A stretch of DNA of 64,000 nucleotides from Lama glama (Eukaryota): assembly GCA_028534125.1 (NCBI GenBank), contig CM052823.1, positions 124,001 through 188,000 on the forward strand, given 5' to 3'. Positions 47,701 through 59,118 of the stretch are shown here, piece after piece (the stretch's first letter is position 1; each line of letters starts with the position of its first letter). The notes under the pieces are model-generated. The model was not told the DNA's origin. It did not search any database and saw nothing but the letters and a program-made list of their open reading frames with translations. The position numbers were made by a program, and so were the translations under genes.

Positions 47701-50700
47701 TGGCACACACCCCACCTGGCGCTGTATACCAGGCCCCTCCAGCAGAGGGCGGCTCTTACCTTCCTCGCCGTTGTCGGCCCCCGGTCCCGGTTTATAGCAG
47801 ACTGACAGGGCTGTGTGACAGACAGACAGCGCCCAGACTGCGGTGAGTGACAGAGCACACCATGCTGCTTACTCCCTGCCCGGCCTGGACCGAGAGCTGT
47901 GAGGCAGGCCTCCCAGAGCAGGGGGAGACCACCCAGCTGAAGCCGGAGAACACCTGGGCCTCTGGACATCCCGCCCTGCCGACCTCGGGCCCCTGCCCAA
48001 CCCAGCCCATGAGGCCCAAGACTCTACGGACAGAACCCCAGGCAAGCCTGGGCTGCGAGACCCTGCCTCCCTGCACACAGCACACACCTGGTGCCCCAAG
48101 GCTGGGAGGGAGCCAGATCCTCCTCAGAAGTTGGGGAAGGGGGGGTCCCTAGACCAGGTCTGCAGTGTGCACTTCCTGCCTGAGGATGGCACCCTGGGGG
48201 CCTTGGCCACACCTCCAGGGGTTGCGACACTGATGCCCACAGTTTGGAAAGCCTGAGACTCAAAACTCACGTGCAGGGCTGTTGGGGGAAGCCAGCCCCA
48301 AAGCGAAACCCCATCCCGTAGCCCAGGTCCCAAAGGTGAGGGCCTGGAGTGCCGGCCCCACGCAAGCCCCACCCCTCTGGTTCCAGCCACCATGCGGCCC
48401 GTGGCCCTCTGCTGCTCCCTGGTGGTGGCTGCCGGGAGTCCTGGTGCCACTGGGCAAGCCTGCAGCCCACACTAGGGCCAGGGCGAGGGGCCTGGGGAGT
48501 CGGGGAAGGGAGGCAGTTCTGCGTCTGCTCTGGGCAGTGGGCCACAGGCACCTGAGCATCCAGACCACTGGGCATGTCACCTCCCTGCCCACTGCTGGGG
48601 ACCTCACTGCACCATACCCAAGGACATCACCAGTGTCCTCACGCCAGCTCACGCTCGTCCTGTGATGGCACCACCGGCCCCAGCAGCACGACTGGGAACT
48701 GGGGCCAGGCAGCATGCTGGGCTGTCAGCCCCCAGAAGACCAGGAGAGCCCAGTTCCCAGCACCTGGCCTCCAGAAAGCCCTCCCTCTGGGATCCACTGT
48801 GCCATGGCCCTGGGCTCAGAGCTGGGGGCCTCCCCGCAAGGCAGAGGCAGACTCTGCACTCTCGCCCGAGCCCAGCCCAGCCCACACACCCCAGCAGTTC
48901 TCCCGAGCCCCTGCAGCCCACTCTGGGGCTTCCAGGGAGGGCCTGTCACCTGTGCTCACTCTACCTGAGCAACATCTTGCTCTCAGGATGGCTCTGTGGG
49001 GCAGGGGGCACCTGGAGACAGAGGCCATGGCCAAGTGCACTGGGGTCTGGAGACCCCAGTAAGGGCCTCGCTGCTTTGGGCAGTGGCGGTGGGGGGGGGA
49101 TCGTGTGGCCTCAGGGCATCTGGTCTACTCTAGGGGCTGGACACCTTGGCAGGGCAGGACCCCAGGCGCAGAAAAACCAGCGGCTGATCTGACCGTGCAG
49201 TGTGCTCCCCTGGGCCTCCATCCCTCCTGCTGGAAGGGCCCCAGACTGTCCTCACACCTGTCCTCTGATGCTGGCCTAGGCCCCGGGCAGCAGGCTGGAC
49301 CAGCCTTGCCCTGGATGCGGGAGCCCACAGATGAACACACCAGCAGAGACAGCCCCCACAGAACGTGGCTCCCACAGAGATCGCTGCGGGTACAGACAGG
49401 AGACTCCGGAGGACACGGATGGACACGGATGGAGTCGCGCACTGGGACGGGGCGAGCTATAGCCTTGCAGAGTGGCAGACCCTGTGTGTACGACACTTGT
49501 TCCCTGCAGCCTGGCCTTCAGTCCACAGCGGGGAGCTTTCCGTGTGCGGAACCCCGCCGGCACCTCAGGGCCTCTGCCCGCCTGCCAGCTCCAGCACTTC
49601 AGAAAAACCTGCTCCTCAATGGGTGGGTCTCAGGGCCTGGCGCTGGCCAAGCTTACCCATAGCCTGGCAGCAGGCAAGCCTGGGCTGTGGGTGGGGGCTG
49701 CAGCCACCCCGCATGGGGCAGGGGACATAGGTAGGCGATCCTCGGTCATCAACACCCCTAAGACACTGGCCGCCCTGGGCCACATGGCCCAGCAGCCCCC
49801 CTCGAGGCCCCCATCAGCATCCTGGCAGCAGGGAACCATGTACCCCCAAGACCCGGCTCTTTTCCTTGGCACCCAGAGGCCAGAGTGCAGGGGTGCTGTG
49901 CACAGGCTGTATGGGGGAGACTGACAGGACACCGTGTCCCACCCCTGACGCTGCCCCTCCGGGCACAGCTGTCTGGTCCACCACTAGACACGGAGCCACG
50001 TGCACCACAGGGATGCCGCTGATTAAAAGGGACACACAAAGGGCACACAGGCCAAAACCCAGAGGTGGGATGAAACCACAGGACAGACTTGGCCCACAGC
50101 TGCCCCATGACCACAGCCCTCAGGAGGGCCTCACCTGGGAGCCCATTCTACCAGGAGGCCAGACAAGGCTGGCAAAGGACCAGCCTCACATCCCATGTCC
50201 ACCCTGCATGGCGCAAGGGCCTGTCCTCGGCTGGAGCAGCAGCAGCCTCACCCCTCCGCCCTGGGCACACCCTCCGTGCACCCTCCAAGGAGTGGTCCAA
50301 CCAGATTGAAAAGAGTCCCCAAATTACTCTTAGGAAAAACTCAGGTGAATGACACCAGCCCCACCTACGACAAGCACAGCTGGGGTGACTTCAGAGAAGG
50401 GAGGGAGGCCCAGGAGGCATGCACACACCTCAGGAGCCCCAGCCCGGTGGGCATCTACACCAACCCGGAGCCGAGGGGCAGGCAGCCACCCACGGAGGGG
50501 TGGGGGGGAGCAGGGGGGCAGGGGCGGCGGGGAGACTCACTGGCATGCTTGTCGGCCAGGGCGATGAGCGTGCTGGAGATGTCGCGCCTCCGGTAGAAGC
50601 ACACCACCTTGGCCTCCACGTTCCCGCTGGCCGTCTGCAACGGCAAGGCAGGGTCTGAGCACACAGAGCAGGGCAGCAGCGCCCCTGGCCCAGGGACCTA

Positions 50701-53700
50701 GAGCCAGTCTCCCCTGCTCTCCCCAACCCGTGGACGCCCGGCAGAGCCCGACCACCAGGAAGCACAGCTGGCCCGCTCCACCTGGGGACCCGCCCTCCCT
50801 CTGGGCGCCACGGCCATGGTCCAGGACAGGGACCGCTGGCCCTGCACCCCCACAAGCAAAGCCCGGGCGCCAGACAAGACGGGGACGGAGGGGCGGCCCG
50901 GAGGGGCTTGGCCTCAGGACGGACACCGACCTCCACGTCAGCTGCCGCCTGATGTCCAGAGGTGACTCCAGAGGCTTGGAAGAGTTCAGCAAACACAGAG
51001 AGAGAGGAAGGCCTGGGCAGCCACCCCTCGGGGAGAACACGCCCCTTCTAATGGACGGGAGTTTGCATGGTTTTAGTGACAACGCTAGGATTGCACCACG
51101 GCGCTAACCTTTGCAGAATTTAGTAGCATTTATAACATCAAATAAAATCATCTTGTGGTTTAAGAAAAGTATTATTTAACTCTAGCTACTGAATTCCACT
51201 AGACCAGGAGTCCTTCAAGAAAAAGTCTTAGGGGTTTCTCATGCCCCTTGAGCAGAAATTAAAAGCATCATCAACTCTGCTGCTTTGTGTGTTCACCACG
51301 AACGCCGCAGAGGGCTGCCTGCCGACCGCCCTCCTCGCTGCAGGCCGCGCAGGAGCAGAAAGAGAATGAAGAATTCTTCCAGAAGAAGGAAGTAACTGAA
51401 ACGAATTTTATTCTCTCACTGAGCATCAAAATGAGTGACTGCAAGAGGGCCTGCATTTCCTAGTGCCTGGGAAGAATCCGGGACACAGACCAGACTGTTA
51501 GGAGCACGGCTGGTCAGGATGGCTGTTACAGACTCGTCACCAGCTCCAGCGTTCAAGGGCAGTTAGACTTTCGCCCCAGCTGGGAATCCCAGCCCAAAAG
51601 GTGCCTCCCAGAAACGGCTCTGGAGACCGCGCGCTGTGCTCAGAGAGACGGTGACACAGCAGGAGGACCCAGCCCCGCGACAGGACACAGAGCAGCTGGG
51701 ACAGTCTATGGCGGCGACCACGAGGACCCGTCACGCAGCAGCCTCGCGTCTTTAGGGCTCCGTCTGCGCTGTGAACAGGCTGGGGCCTGGCCTGTCTTTC
51801 CGGCTTGTTCTCTGCTCTGTGCAGCCTCACCCACACGGGCCCGGCTCAGGCCAGACGGAGGCCCGCCCGCGGCACCACCACGAGGCTGGGCCAGCTCTCT
51901 GAGTGGGGTCCTCGGGCCCCCGTCGGACCGCCCAGCTGGACAGCCTGGATGTGCGTGGGGAGATGCCTTGGGACTGCCTTCCCCTGCTGTACTTTTCTGA
52001 TATTCCCGGACCCAATACCCCAAACCTGACTTTCCAAAATTTGGCATCTAATTCCACAGGGCCCTTCCCAGCCACAGAGGCTTCTCGGAGCTCCCCAACC
52101 CCTCGGGTCCATTCTGGGCCTCTCCTGCCTGGCCAGTGGCCAGGGCACACGGGGCCGGGCAGGGGCTCTGACCAGGGCTGAGGGGTCACCCGCACACTGG
52201 GCCAGCAGGACTCAAGGGCCTTCCCTCCTCCCCACCCTGCACGCTTCCCCCAGTCCCTCCCTCAATTCTCACACCTCAGCCTGCCTTCTCCTGTTCTTTC
52301 TAAATGGCAATTTTCTACAGTAGTGTAAACACCTAACTTCCAAGGGGAAACAGCGCAAACGCAACATGTATGGAATCCCAGTTCCACGGAGAAGCTGGAC
52401 GGTCCCTCTGCAGAAAGCCCAGGGTCCTGGGGAGGGGTCTCAAGGTGACAGACCCACCCAGCTTCACAGGAAGAGGAGCCGATGCCCACGCAAGCCCCGC
52501 AGACACCTTTACGCGCAGAACTGTCTGCACTGAGGGGAAAGGGACAGAAACTGGGGTGTCCCACCCCTTTGCCGACCCACTCCCCTTGACTGCGCTCCCT
52601 CAGTTCTCCCTCTGTGTCATGGCCAGAACAAGGGCACCACGGCCGCCCTCAGGACACCACCCTGTGTCCTGAGACCACCAGCCACCACGGCCCACCTGCC
52701 AGCACAACCCCACAGCAGAGACCGGGCCCTGAGCTAGCTGCCTGTGCCAACACATGTAGGTGGGTGACCGCCTGCCCCGTTCTAGCCAGGGCAAGCTACC
52801 CCCTCCCCACTCTCGGTTAAGCAGACTGTGAGCAGGACCCTGGCGAGGCACCAGGCAGGGTTCAGTTCCCAGCAGCGTGGTGGCCACACAGGAGGTCCCG
52901 GCTGCTGCCCCCAGCCCTGCTGCCTCCAAACCTGGCTCCAGGCCTTCCGGGAGCACCAGGTTCCACCAACCAGCCCCACATCCTCAGGCTGGGGCTGGGG
53001 CCTCGGGGCACAGGCACCCCCCCCCCACTCTCCTGCTCCTGGAGAGCCTGGCCAGGAGTCAGGATGCAGCTGCAGCTGAGTCTGATCTCTGGGGGATCAG
53101 CACACCATGCTGGTCCCAAGGATCAGGCCACACTGTCTCCTTGCGGCTGCCCTCTCCCCCCGTGAGCACCTCCACCTGGAGGCCAGCAGCAGGCAGGGAG
53201 GGCCGCTCACCCTCTGGGCTGGCCCCATCTGAAGAGGAACCGCCCATTCCTGCGACCAAAGAGGCTGTCCTGAACCCATGAGCCCCCTCCCACCACAGCC
53301 CTAGGCCCAGGCAGCCTCAGTCAGGGCACAACCCTGTTCCCCAGTACACGCACAAGTGCCTGCCAAGGACGCGCCACAGATGCGGAGTGAGGGGGAAGCG
53401 AGGTTGGCGTGAGCAAGCAGGAAGGAGGCAGGCCAGGAGCCCCCAGCTGTGCAGACCCCGTGGGGGGCCCTCTCTGAACACCTCGCCCTCTCACAAGGGT
53501 GAGACCACCCAGGACCCTCACAAAGGGCTTTTCGAAAAGGGGACGGTTCCAAAGAGACGCTCCTGGGATGGGAGCCGCTAAGTCTGAGCACACGGCAGCA
53601 GGGCTGAGGCCTCAGGCGCCCAGCTCGCGGTCACAGGGCACCCTCAGCAGGGAGAGGGCCGCACGCACCTTGTTGAGCTCTTCGATTCTCCGGATCAGGT

Positions 53701-53736
53701 AAGGGTTGCTGGAAGAGTTCTCGAAGTAGACGTAGT
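32736..53736 (-). CDS. MTA1: Metastasis-associated protein MTA1 (NuRD subunit; BAH-ELM2-SANT-GATA zinc finger), exons 2-21, 5'-partial
   Basis: Exons 53736-53669, 50634-50541, 47810-47760, 47372-47246, 47175-47112, 44968-44851, 41869-41767, 41042-40943, 40359-40171, 38743-38669, 38449-38391, 38012-37897, [exon 14: only 37505-37489 visible, rest in gap], 37396-37207, 37098-37009, 36225-36073, 35950-35915, 33313-33282, 33129-32978 and 32883-32736. Peptides include [59 protein letters not shown] and [11 protein letters not shown]. Exon 1 (MAANMYRVG) was not found in the window. Confidence 0.97.
34148..34159 (-). CDS. MTA1: 12-nt alternative microexon of MTA1 inserting GTYL
   Basis: Minus strand reads ...gctaacctgtgctttctttcccccgctgcccacccctctgatag|GCACCTACCTGG|gtaagta. 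Symmetric phase 1-1, between exons 18 and 19. Confidence 0.8.
37506..37677. other. Assembly gap (172 N) covering most of MTA1 exon 14
   Basis: N run; the exon 14 3' end CCAACCGCAGTAACATG|gtaagt abuts it. Confidence 0.99.
45076..45175. other. Assembly gap (100 N, likely of unknown size) preceded by a G20 tract
   Basis: N run in MTA1 intron 6; poly-G at 45056-45075. Confidence 0.99.
46495..46647 (+). mobile_element. MER20-like hAT-Charlie MITE remnant
   Basis: tctggagacgtttttggttgtcacagct...cagcccacaaaaagaaccaccggccc...gggactgagaggctcct resembles the MER20 consensus with an internal deletion. Confidence 0.65.
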
Positions 53737-55769
53737 CTGCAAACAGTACAGAGAGAGAGTCAGCTGGAGGCAGGGAGCCTGCTGCCCCGCTTGAGGTGGG
53801 GACGGGCGAGAGGTGGCGAAGCCACCCACCATCCCGGGTGGGAGGTGATGTAACAGGAGCACTTCTGCAGTGCCAGGTGGCGGCCTACAGCCCTCCCCAC
53901 CCAAGGGACATCTTCCCAGGCCCGCTGCTGGCCCAGAGGGTGGGCCCCAAGAGCTATACAGCCAGGGCACGAAGGACAGCCACAGGCACTGCCACCGCCA
54001 GCCCCAGAGACCAAGAGAGCATGGGTGCTGCCAGGCCCCTGCACCCCCAAAGAGGGAGACTGGAGGCCAGGGCTGCCCGGGGTGTCCAGGTGTGCAGGGC
54101 AACGGGGTCCCCGGGTCAGCACAAAGTCCCCACACAGAAGAACCACATGTGCTCTCTCCCCAGACCCCCCAAGGGAGGCCCAGAGTGGGAGGCTGGGGGG
54201 CTCGCCCTGGAGAGCCGGAACAACCATGCGGCCACCCATCTGTCAGCCTAGCCGCAGCCCACGGTCCCCATCAGCAGCCCTGGCGCCGGCTCCTTGCGCC
54301 CAGGTGGCCCTGCTGGAGCCGGCTGGCTGGGAGGTAGCCTTAGCTGGAGCCTGCCCAGGTGCCGCAGACAGAGCCAGACGGCGACAAGGTATGACCCCGA
54401 GGGGTGGCGGCTCCCGAGTGGTCTCAGGAGCAGGGTGCGCGGTGCTGACCTGGTGGCGGTGGGGGCCGTGAGAACAGTCACTGAGCTGCTCGCCCCCACC
54501 AGTGGGAGCACTGCGGGCAGGTTCTACCCCAACGAAGCAGTTTTTAGGAAAAAGGTCTCAAATCAAACACCAGGCTTTCTTTCCAAGAAACTGGATGAAG
54601 AGCACATTAAACACGGAGTAACTGCTCACATGTGCCAGGATTCCCCGCAGGTAGGGGCAGACACCGAGGCAGGAGGGCGGGGGGCGGGCAGGTACACAAC
54701 GGGCCTCCGTCTGCCCCAGCACGGAGCCCCGCAGCGCCTGTGAACCACGCTTCAGCGGACGAAGGCAGACAGAAGGCAGGAAGGAGCAGAGCAAATGCGA
54801 CGGGGCCCAGGTGGCCTGGGGGGAGGGGGGGGGAGGGGCCGGGCCCGGGGGCCACAGGACCCGGGGAAGGGGCGGGCGGGGCTGGACCGCCCTCTTGTTC
54901 GGATGGGCCGACTGTCCCACAGACACAAGGCACCACAGCTCACTCGGTGGGACCGGCACCCCGACCCCGGCCCCGACCCCGACATGGACAAAGGAGACTG
55001 CACTGGAGGTAAAAACCTCCCAAAAAAGAGAAAGAAAGGCCCCCGGCCCACCCCGGCCCAGATGGCTCCCTGGGTGAACCCTCCCCGACAGCGAGGGGAG
55101 ACCGGGCGCCCGCGCGGCCGGGGAGGGACAGCCCGGAGCCCGCGGGCGACGCCTCTCCCGCTTGGGTGCGCAGCCCGCGCGGACCAAAGGCGGCCACGGG
55201 GAAGGGGTGACACTCCTCGACCACGGGGGGTCGTCTGGGGACACGTCAGAATCACATCGACAGAACGAGAAGAAAAACCATGCGGCCCCTCCAGAGAAGG
55301 AGCTGACAAAACCGACAAACTGCCGACAAGAACTCCAAGGCAAACCAGGAGCCGAGGGGCTTCCCGACCTGCCAGCAGGGAAGTGCGCGGCGGGGCAGTC
55401 TCTCCCGCCACGGGCCCCGCCACTGCGGTGCACCTGCCGCTGCTCAGCGCGACGGGAGAGTGAGCAAATGAGGGGCACACAGGCCGGAAAGGAGGCGACG
55501 AAGCCTCCTAACTGCAGACAGGGCAGAGTCTACAAAACCGCTGTCCAAGCTAGTGGGCGAGGGTTCAGCAAGCTCACGGGATACCAAAAACGTGCATTAA
55601 AGGCACTGTTTACAGTGGATCCAAGAAACAGTGAGCATATAAGTATCAACTTAACCACTTAAAGACCCGAAGTTCTGTGCAAAGACGTATATGCTGAAAA
55701 CTACAAAACACTGATGACAAAAATCAACATCTAAATTAACGGTAATGTATAAGGCATCATGGTTTAAAA

Positions 55770-57796
55770 CGCAGACTGGCAACCTTTCTTGGTAAAGGGT
55801 CACATGGTAAATACCGTCTGCTTTGCAGGACAAGAAGCTCAACCAAAAATACTACGTAGGTACTAATATAATACCTTTCCATCAACTTTTTTGCAAGCTC
55901 AGAGAACACGCCCACTGCAAGTCTGAGTTGGATCAGAGACCTTGTTTCTCGTTTTAACTTTTGACAGTAAGGAAATTGTATAAAGCAGTTTGTGATTCAA
56001 ACAACATTAGGCGTCACTGAAATGACTTTAGCACAGTGTAAGTTTTGCATTAAGTGCTATTCCACATAATTTTCAGATGAATTCATAAAAGACCATTATC
56101 AACTATGTGGCAAAAACTAACTTCCAAAAGCATTCAGTGCTTGATGATGGTTGAAAGCGGTTCCTCTCACTCTGAAAATTTTCAATTTCTGCCTTGAGTT
56201 TAAGAAACCGCACTAAAATGTAACCAGTGCTACACCCTCAGGCTGCTGCACAGCAGGGCAAGTCAAAATGTTCAGCTTCTATTTCTGATAAAAATTCACA
56301 GAACTGATGGGAGTTAAGTCCACGAGGTCACATGAAGCTCCCTGTTGACACAACAGGTTCAATGAGGCATGAGATTCAAATATTTTGCACAAAGCACCTG
56401 CTGACAAGCAACAGGATGAGTAACTCTGGGCTTTAAGCACCTTAGGTTTCAAAAAGCTCCATCAAGGTGTCCAACCAAGCCCTTCTCTGCTCCACACACT
56501 TTATCACCAGCATCTATAGCATGGCTGCTACTGGCCAGGGCTCCCCAGAGAAACAGAACCGACAGGAGACGAGTGTGTGCGTGTGCACGCGGTACACGTG
56601 TGTGTGTGCACATGTCGGTTCATCACAAGAACCGGCTCACGCGTGCACAGGGGCTGAGAGGCTGCAAGCCCTGCTGTCCACGAACTGGGGACAGGACAGC
56701 TGGGGCTGTGACTCCGTCTGGGTCTGAAGGCCTGAGACCCAGGGCAGCTGGTGAAGTCCCGGAGTCCACTGGCCCAAGGACAGAGCGCAAGAAGTCTGCC
56801 CACCTCTGCCCAACTCAGGCCACAGGCTGGACACTGCTGGGCTGGGGAGCGGGGTCCCCTTTCCTTGGGCTCCCCAAACACCCGCCCAGACACCCAGAAA
56901 CCACATCCCCCCAGCCCTCCGGGCCACCCTGAGCTCTGCCAGGCTGACTGGTCACAATAACCACCACAGCATCTTAGTAGATCCCACTTCAGTTTGCACT
57001 AAGCCAGCATCTTCCCAGCTTCTCTGAAAACATCCTCGGACGTGCCCAGGCCACGCAGGCCCTCACAGAGGCCTGTGCCCGGGAGCTGCTGCCATGGAGA
57101 GCAGAGGGGACCCCCGTGGCCCCCGGCCCCCGCCCCCTGGCCCAGGGCTGCTTGTGCTGAGCAAGCACTCAGCCCTGGCTGCGGCAGCACCACCACCGTC
57201 AGTGAACGGCCTTCTCCGCTTGGCTGATAAATGAGCTGCTTACTTGGACATGCTGATCACCGTCTCAGCTTCATTTATTTCTGTGAAGAAGTTCAGCAGT
57301 ACGAGATTCTCCATTCAAAATTCTCCAAGTCTCCGATTCCCATGCTGAGGTCGGGTCACACATGCCGTGTCCCTTTAGCACAGCAGTGTTACCGTGGAAG
57401 CCACCTCTGCCGCCCCATAGTCAGAGCCCAGGCTCTCTGCTGACTCCTGCAACAGGGCCGCCCACAAAGGTGGCACTGAAGCTCGGTGAGCCATGACTTG
57501 TGGGTGCGACTCCCAGTGGGGTGCCACAGGTGAGTGGGGGAGCAGGGGAGCAGGAGAGCAGATGCTCTCACTGCTGTGGCCTCGAAGCAGCCAGAGAACA
57601 CACAGGAGTGCAGGGGCTTGGCTGCGCCAACAAAACTTTATTTATGGGCACTGAGATTTGAATTCCAAGGAATTTTTGTGTGTCCTAAAGCATTCTTCTT
57701 TCAATTTCTTTCCCTCAACCATTTAAAAATGTAAGACCCATTCTTAGCTCATGAGTCATACAAAAGCAGGCAGTGGGCTGCAGCCTCCCAGCCCTG
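55770..57796 (-). mobile_element. Cheshire/MER58-family hAT-Charlie DNA transposon with decayed transposase
   Basis: MER58-like ends (ctggcaacctttcttggtaaagggtcacatggtaaata; caaccatttaaaaatgtaagacccattcttagctc...ccctg). Minus-strand remnants RPFTDG (57212-57195), KLKWDLLRC, IDAGDKVCGAEKGLVG, QQVLCAKYLNL (about 56404-56372) and RGLNSHQFCEFLSEIEAEHFDLP (about 56324-56255) match Charlie/GTF2IRD2-type transposases. Confidence 0.8.
56526..56968 (-). mobile_element. MLT2-type (ERVL) solo LTR inserted in the Charlie transposase
   Basis: cagggctccccagagaaacagaaccgacaggaga...tctgaaggcctgagacccaggg...cagacacccagaaa...aataaccaccaca resembles the antisense MLT2 consensus. Confidence 0.75.
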
Positions 57797-58824
57797 CAGG
57801 ACTCAGATGCCAGCTCTCCCCTAACTGATCTACATCGTAGTTTCAGCATAATCCCAACCAAAATTCCACCATTTTTTTTCCTGTATAAACCAGTAAGTCA
57901 ATTCTAAACTTTACACAGGAAGTCCGAGATACCAGAACAAGCTACACAGTTTGGAAAAAGGAAACAGAGGATTTACACGCCTGATCGAAGATTTACCATA
58001 AAGTTACCATAATCAGGACAGTGTGTCGGCAAAAGTGTAGCTTGAAGATCAATGGAAAAGCACGAGAAACAAATGCAACCACAAAGACACGGAGGTGGCT
58101 GTGACAAAGTGGCCAGGACATGAAGCAGGGAGAGAGTCTGAGTAACAGACGGAGACGGAGCAGGTGGACACTGACGTGCAACAGAGCAAAACCCCCAGGA
58201 GCCCAATCTTTACCTTAACCCAAAAGTCAACTGTAATGAATCACAAACTTGAAAGTAAACCCAAAGTTATAAAAATTCTATGGGAAAAAAGGAGAAAATC
58301 TTGTGACCTCACAATAGGCAGAATTCACACACAAAACAGACAAATTATAAGAGAGAAAAACTTACAAAACACATCTCTGGTGAAAGACTGAAATCCAGGA
58401 TACAACAAGCTCTCACAACTCAGCAGCAAGCTTCTCTCCAACTTTAAAACCGGGCAAAAGACCTGTGCAGACACTTGGCCAAAGACACGTGGACACAGAC
58501 ACACTGAGAGACGCTCAGAATCACCGGTCCACAGGGAAATGCAACGGGAACTCTGGTGAGATGTCCAGCACACCTGCCAGAATCCTGTGCAAACCCAAAC
58601 CTGAAGAGGCGGAGTGCTGATCAGGCTGTGGAGGAACCGGAATGCTCAACACTGCAGGCACAGACGCCCTGGGAGACCGTGGGGCTGAGCATGTGCAGCT
58701 CAACCAGGCAGCCCCACTCCCAGGCACGTCTACCCACGAGAAACAGGAACATCTGTCTGCACAGAAACCTGAGCACAGGTGTTTACAGCAGCTCCACTCA
58801 GCCATCAAAAACAGGAAACATCCC

Positions 58825-59118
58825 TGTTCAAACAGCTGTGTCCTCCCAAAATCCAAGGCGAGACCCCACCCACGAGGCAACGGTACCTGGAGGCGGGGCT
58901 CTCGGGAGGTGGAGTCCCCACAAGTGGGGCTGCTGCTCTGATGAAAGAGACCTCGCAGGGCTCCCTGGCCCCGGAGGCGGGCTCTCACCAGACACAGAAC
59001 CTGTTGGATCCTTGGCCTGGGACCTGCAGTCTCCAGAACTTTGAGAAATAAATGTCCGGCGTTCATGAGCCACCCAGCCTGTGCTGTCTTGCTACAGCAG
59101 CCCAGCGGGACTGAGATA
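58825..59118 (+). mobile_element. MLT1A/MST-type MaLR solo LTR
   Basis: tgtgtcctcccaaaatcc...ctcaccagacacagaacctg...ctccagaactttgagaaataaatg...gccacccagcctgtg...cagcagcccagcgggactgagata. Confidence 0.8.

Noticed and set aside
46723-47715. 330-aa ORF containing [28 protein letters not shown]
   Set aside because: This is MTA1 exon 5 read through the flanking introns, not a separate gene.
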